Part shown: positions 62,020 to 64,000 of the stretch, piece by piece
How the letters are laid out: each line of letters starts with the position of its first letter
How positions within the stretch are numbered: position 1 is the first letter of the stretch
Assembly: GCA_965198175.1 (NCBI GenBank)
Contig: OZ240245.1
Span: forward strand, 3,712,001-3,776,000
Length of the DNA stretch: 64,000 bases
Direction: 5' to 3'
From: Candidatus Poribacteria bacterium
Lineage (GTDB): Bacteria; Poribacteria; WGA-4E; PCPOR2b
Notes under the pieces: model-generated
What the model saw: the letters and a program-made list of their open reading frames with translations, nothing else
Told to the model about the DNA's origin: nothing
Databases searched by the model: none
Position numbers and translations under genes: made by a program

Positions 62020-62889
62020 ATGACGTATAGCGACGAGCAAAAACAGACACAGATAGAATTACAATCCCGGACAATCGCCGAGTTTTTGGAAAGTACGCCC
62101 CCGAATCAAATAGCATATATCACTGATTTGGTCACGCACCCATACCTAGGCCGCTACGCGATTAATTCGCCAATACTTCAGCTTCACTGTTCCGATGAGT
62201 TGTGCAATGGAGTTAGATTTTTTCGTTCCGTTAATGTTTCAAGCGAGGGAAACAACATAAGTGAGAATGAAATGAGTTATTTCTACGTTACTTACCAGTG
62301 CTCAAACTGCCAAAAGACACGAAAAACGTATTTTTTGGCGGCGCAAACTCAAAAGGCAGGGCACCCTCACGGGAATTGTTATAAGTTTGGTGAGTTTCCA
62401 CCGTATGGTCCACACGTTCCTCCACGGCTTATCAAACTCATTGGACCTGATAGAGAGGAGTTTTTAAAAGGTAGAAGATGTGAGAATCAGGGACTCGGCA
62501 TCGGTGCTTTTACTTATTATCGCAGGGTCGTGGAAAAGCAGAAGAATAGGATTTTGGAGGAAATAGTCAAAGTATCTGAGAAAATCGGGGTGCCACAAGG
62601 CAAAATCAAGAAATTGCATGAAGCAATAGGGGAAACTCAATTTAAAAGAGCACTTGATATTGCAAAGGATGTCATGCCGGAAAGCCTACTGATTTATGGC
62701 CAGAGCCCAATTCTTTTGCTGCATCGTGCGCTTAGTCGAGGTGTGCATGAATTGTCTGATGAGAGATGTTTGGAACTTGCTAGGGATGTTAGGGTGGTTT
62801 TGGCTGAACTGTCCGAAAGGCTGTCATCTGTTTCAAAGGATGAAACTGAATTGAAGAAAGCTGTGTCCGCATTAATGAATCAAGAATAG
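62020..62889 (+). CDS. Hypothetical protein with a Cys-pair N-domain and a HEPN/DUF4145-like helical C-domain
   Basis: HCSDELC and YQCSNC; KGRRCENQGLGIGAFTYYRRVVE...LSRGVHELSDERC. Confidence 0.75.
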   Translation: MTYSDEQKQTQIELQSRTIAEFLESTPPNQIAYITDLVTHPYLGRYAINSPILQLHCSDELCNGVRFFRSVNVSSEGNNISENEMSYFYVTYQCSNCQKTRKTYFLAAQTQKAGHPHGNCYKFGEFPPYGPHVPPRLIKLIGPDREEFLKGRRCENQGLGIGAFTYYRRVVEKQKNRILEEIVKVSEKIGVPQGKIKKLHEAIGETQFKRALDIAKDVMPESLLIYGQSPILLLHRALSRGVHELSDERCLELARDVRVVLAELSERLSSVSKDETELKKAVSALMNQE

Positions 62890-62892
62890 CGA

Positions 62893-62966
62893 GTAACTAA
62901 AGGCATCAATGGACTGAGAAAAGTTGTGCTTTCTCTGCGTTCCAGTTTCCGCTACCAGCGTTGTGG
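62893..62966 (+). repeat. Degenerate attC-like site 4
   Basis: GTAACTAAAGGCATCAATGGAC-TGAGAAAAG..CTTTCTC..CAGCGTTGTGG, just after the stop codon. Confidence 0.35.
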
Positions 62967-63030
62967 CTGTCATTCTGTTCGACATTGCCCTTGTTTCAGG
63001 CACATCAGAAAAAAGGACTGAAAAATTATC

Positions 63031-63126
63031 ATGAAAGAAATTGAAGTTGGTATTATTGGCATCGAGGGAATTGCAGTACGGAATCATCTGCCGAGCCGCC
63101 AATATGTCGAAGGGGTTCCGCCTTGA
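63031..63126 (+). pseudogene. 5' fragment of a Gfo/Idh/MocA-type oxidoreductase
   Basis: MKEIEVGIIGIEGIAVRNHLP resembles VGIIGxGxIA...HLP. Confidence 0.45.
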
Positions 63127-63265
63127 AGTGATATAGGTGCGGTCGAACGGTTAAAATCGAATCCCTATCAAGGACAATTGAGATGCTGCTTTTCAACAAC
63201 ACTGTTTTTTAATAGATAGAATGAAACCTGACGCTCAATCCAACTGACGCAGTGATTAAGAAACG

Positions 63266-63403
63266 TTGGGTTTCACTTTAGAAACAGTGACTAGTTGCCA
63301 GTGGCTAGTGATTAGCAAAAGCAAGACTGACCCCTCACATTTGCATCAATAGAGGGGATCCCATCTTCGATTTTATGATTGAAGATTGTTCAACCCAACC
63401 TAC
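63266..63403. repeat. GTAG-type REP halves separated by an insert containing heptamer repeats
   Basis: TTGGGTTTCAC (63266-76) ... GTTCAACCCAACCTAC (63388-403); between them CAGTGAC TAGTTGC CAGTGGC TAGTGAT TAG (63285-63315). Confidence 0.4.
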
Positions 63404-63507
63404 TCTTAACTCCATGAGCGCCGCGGAGAACGGTGTGTAGCGTGTTTCGGCTGTATTGTATGAGGCGAGAAACTACCATCACCACATTCAAAAAGGATAC
63501 AAAAACG

Positions 63508-64000
63508 ATGGACTTGACGCAAACGCAACGAATTATTGGATTTACAGCGGTAGTCTGCCTTTGGGTTGCCGTCAACTGTGCCGCGTCCGAGGCGCTGACG
63601 TTGGACGATCTCTTCCCGACCGACCGGGTGTTGGACGTGCAAATCACCGTCTCGGATAAGGATTGGGACAGCATCCGCTATCAGGCGCGGGATTTTAGAT
63701 CGGCCCTGCACGAGCGCCGCAAAGAGGCGCCGATTGATTCGCCCTACACCTATGTCAATGCGAGTGTGACGATTGACGGGGTGGAATTTCCCGATGTTGG
63801 ACTTCGCAAAAAAGGGTTCCTCGGATCGCTAAACACGGAACGACCGTCACTCAAGATTAAACTCAATCACATTGACAAAAATGGCGGTATTCAGGGCTTG
63901 ACCAACCTAACATTGAACAACAACCAACAGGACGTGAGTTTGGTGAGCCAATTTATGGGTTATGCCCTGTTTAACGCCGCTGGTTCCCCCGCGCCGCGGT
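63508..64000 (+). CDS. CotH kinase family protein (partial, runs off the window)
   Basis: ATG 63508, signal-like N-terminus; VTIDG....VGLRKKG.....RPSLKIKLN.....GL..LTLNN..QD.S...Q.MGY.LF.AAG.PAPR. Confidence 0.85.
   Translation, partial: MDLTQTQRIIGFTAVVCLWVAVNCAASEALTLDDLFPTDRVLDVQITVSDKDWDSIRYQARDFRSALHERRKEAPIDSPYTYVNASVTIDGVEFPDVGLRKKGFLGSLNTERPSLKIKLNHIDKNGGIQGLTNLTLNNNQQDVSLVSQFMGYALFNAAGSPAPR

Overview
Bacterial DNA, most likely Candidatus Poribacteria or a close relative. This is an inference from the many secreted WD40/TolB/LamG/TPR/CRTAC1 proteins, the YPNPFNP-x-TWIPY C-terminal domains and a shared VxPxxKxxxxW[GAS]x[IL]K tail. (1) 1-24.6 kb is a minus-strand block of exported proteins: a hexa-haem cytochrome, a WD40 protein, 4 TolB-like proteins, 2 TPR, 2 CRTAC1/ASPIC-UnbV, an FGE-sulfatase domain protein and 3 mosaic LamG paralogues. 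It includes a 2.4-kb mosaic tandem duplication, sigma54 promoters with enhancer palindromes and a long structured leader. (2) 25-27 kb holds adk and an orphan ABC ATPase. (3) 27-40.8 kb is a complete F-type ATP synthase operon split at three gene junctions by cargo: a DddW-like cupin plus a frameshifted lipoprotein, a decayed hicBA pair, and two TolB-like proteins plus an S8 peptidase. It is preceded by a putative Na+/H+ antiporter with a Rex-type palindrome. (4) 43-55 kb, plus strand, holds cstA, a probable secreted UxxC selenoprotein with a SECIS hairpin, a serine hydrolase, a cation-chloride cotransporter, a DMI1/CASTOR-like pseudogene, mscS, namZ and anmK. (5) 55-63 kb is an AT-richer defence-like island: a HEPN pseudogene, a fused R-M-S enzyme split by an IS5-family element, and three unknown genes followed by degenerate attC-like sites. 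A partial CotH gene ends the window. The best candidates for something new are the shared C-terminal sorting-like motif, the selenoprotein, the cargo-split atp operon and the promoter-capturing mosaic duplication. No rRNA, tRNA or CRISPR array was seen. All alignments were made by eye; no searches were run.
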